Translations under genes and position numbers: made by a program | Origin: Vicinamibacterales bacterium | GTDB taxonomy: Bacteria; Acidobacteriota; Vicinamibacteria; Vicinamibacterales; SCN-69-37 | Direction: 5' to 3' | Assembly: GCA_030827135.1 (NCBI GenBank) | Contig: JAURFE010000001.1 | Location: forward strand, 26,569-90,568 | DNA: 64,000 nucleotides | Part shown: in pieces, positions 62,987 through 64,000 of the stretch | Position numbering within the stretch: position 1 is the first letter of the stretch | Layout: the number at the start of each line of letters is the position of its first letter | Notes under the pieces: model-generated | Database searches by the model: none | What the model saw: the letters and a program-made list of their open reading frames with translations, nothing else | What the model was told of the DNA's origin: nothing

Positions 62987-63996
62987 GGCCGGGCCACCTG
63001 CCGCAATGTCTCCAGCGTCGCGGCGGCACGGCCGCTGTCGATCGCCTCCGCCGCGGCCGCAATGCCGTCACGCACGGATGCGGCCGCCCCGGCGATCAGC
63101 AGTCCCGCGCCCGCATTCAGCAACACGATGTCGCGGGCCGCACCACGCTCGCCGGCGAGCAGACGCTCGATCAGCGCCGCATTCTCGGCCGCCGTGCCCC
63201 CGACAAGCGCCTCCTTGGGCGCGATCGACAATCCGACATCTGACGGATGGAGATAAAACGTCCGCACGGCGCCGCCCTGAAACTCCGAGACCTTGGTGAA
63301 TCCCGTGGTCGACAACTCGTCGAGACCATCCGCCCCGTGCACCACCCAGGCCCGTTTCGTGCCGAGCAGACCGAGTGTGCGCGCGAGCAGCTCGGTGTGT
63401 TCCGGGCGCGAGACGCCGACGAGTTGTCGGCGGGCCCCCGCCGGATTGGTCAGCGGTCCGAGCAGGTTGAACGCTGTGCGCACACCGAGCTCGCGACGGG
63501 TGGGGCCTGCATGTTTCATCGACGGGTGCCACGCGGGCGCGAAGAAGAATGCCAGGTTCGCGTCGAGCAGTGTCTGGACGACACGCGCGGGAGGGGCATC
63601 CAGCGCGACGCCCAGCGTCTCGAACACGTCCGCGCTGCCGCACCGGCTCGACACCGCGCGGTTGCCGTGTTTGGCCACACGCACACCGCAGGACGCCAGC
63701 ACGATCGCCGCGGCGGTGGACACGTTGAACGTGTGCGCCCCGTCGCCGCCTGTGCCGCAGGTATCGAAGACGTCCCCAACGGGCGCCGGGAGCGGCACGG
63801 CGCGCTCACGCATGGCCGTGGCAAACCCGACCATCTCCGGAGGACGCTCCCCCTTGAGCGCCAGAGCCATCAGCAACCCCGCGATGTGCGCGGGTTGTGC
63901 CTGACCGTCCATGATGAGGCCCATGGCGCGCGCGGCCTCGGCTTCAGTCAGATCTTCGTGGCGACGCAGTTTCTCCAGCCATTCAGCAAACATCAC
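62983..63996 (-). CDS. trpD: anthranilate phosphoribosyltransferase
   Basis: 337-aa ORF (DTCGTGGDGAHTFNVST...; KHGNRAVSS). The start sits at the window edge and probably overlaps the stop of an upstream trpG-like gene. Confidence 0.95.
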   Translation of the reverse strand: MMFAEWLEKLRRHEDLTEAEAARAMGLIMDGQAQPAHIAGLLMALALKGERPPEMVGFATAMRERAVPLPAPVGDVFDTCGTGGDGAHTFNVSTAAAIVLASCGVRVAKHGNRAVSSRCGSADVFETLGVALDAPPARVVQTLLDANLAFFFAPAWHPSMKHAGPTRRELGVRTAFNLLGPLTNPAGARRQLVGVSRPEHTELLARTLGLLGTKRAWVVHGADGLDELSTTGFTKVSEFQGGAVRTFYLHPSDVGLSIAPKEALVGGTAAENAALIERLLAGERGAARDIVLLNAGAGLLIAGAAASVRDGIAAAAEAIDSGRAAATLETLRQVARP

Positions 63997-64000
63997 CGCA

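Noticed and set aside
1-64000. tRNA, rRNA, tmRNA or other structured RNA genes
   Set aside because: All gaps longer than 150 bp (4813-5283, 14135-14494, 18519-18733, 22247-22483, 29493-29720, 46851-47057) were read. None shows cloverleaf-like or rRNA-like conserved sequence.

Overview
This is a 64-kb, densely coding, high-GC bacterial chromosomal segment. I saw no rRNA, tRNA or CRISPR array. Gene content and repeat style suggest a soil Acidobacteriota-like organism, but that is inference only. About 60 genes can be supported. Most long ORFs lying antisense to them in the track are GC-driven shadow ORFs.

Housekeeping backbone:
- rho
- coaD-rsmD-recG
- an ECF sigma/anti-sigma envelope-stress cluster
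- lexA, nth, rsmA, rnj, ftsK, a cell-wall amidase and pepA
- an aromatic amino-acid supra-operon: trpD, trpC, trpF/trpB (one ORF), trpA, a chorismate-mutase remnant, DAHP synthase, tyrA and acetoacetyl-CoA synthetase, chained by ATGA/GTGA overlaps

Accessory content:
- a CHASE2 cyclase, M48 protease and cNMP-gated MscS operon
- a NarL-type two-component pair
- a CBS/Hsp20 stress cluster
- a GH51 arabinofuranosidase
- a 4-hydroxybenzoyl-CoA-reductase-class molybdoenzyme with a TetR regulator and a DUF885 protein
- vapBC

Best candidate for an undescribed system: a three-gene, translationally coupled operon at 14495-18518. It encodes (1) an 840-aa protein with two cNMP-binding domains, a BFD-type [2Fe-2S] motif, an FNR-type FAD/NAD(P)H module and a His-rich membrane domain, (2) a membrane-anchored pentahaem cytochrome c, and (3) a DUF3365 haem-c protein. 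I read this as a cyclic-nucleotide-gated transmembrane electron conduit. Gene remnants sit on both flanks: an S9-peptidase N-terminus on one side and a HipA C-terminus fused to an IS91 transposase N-terminus on the other.

Other notable signals:
- two families of octanucleotide tandem repeats (GGTCCAGG-like and GGATGGGY-like), inserted in-frame in three enzyme genes including the trpF-trpB junction
- REP-like hairpins
- an rpsD C-terminal remnant next to an IS3-type remnant
- a chorismate-mutase remnant with an in-frame TAG
- an exact TCGAAC-N4-GTTCGA palindrome at the tetR start
- several -10-like hexamers 6 nt upstream of GTG starts, which may mark leaderless mRNAs
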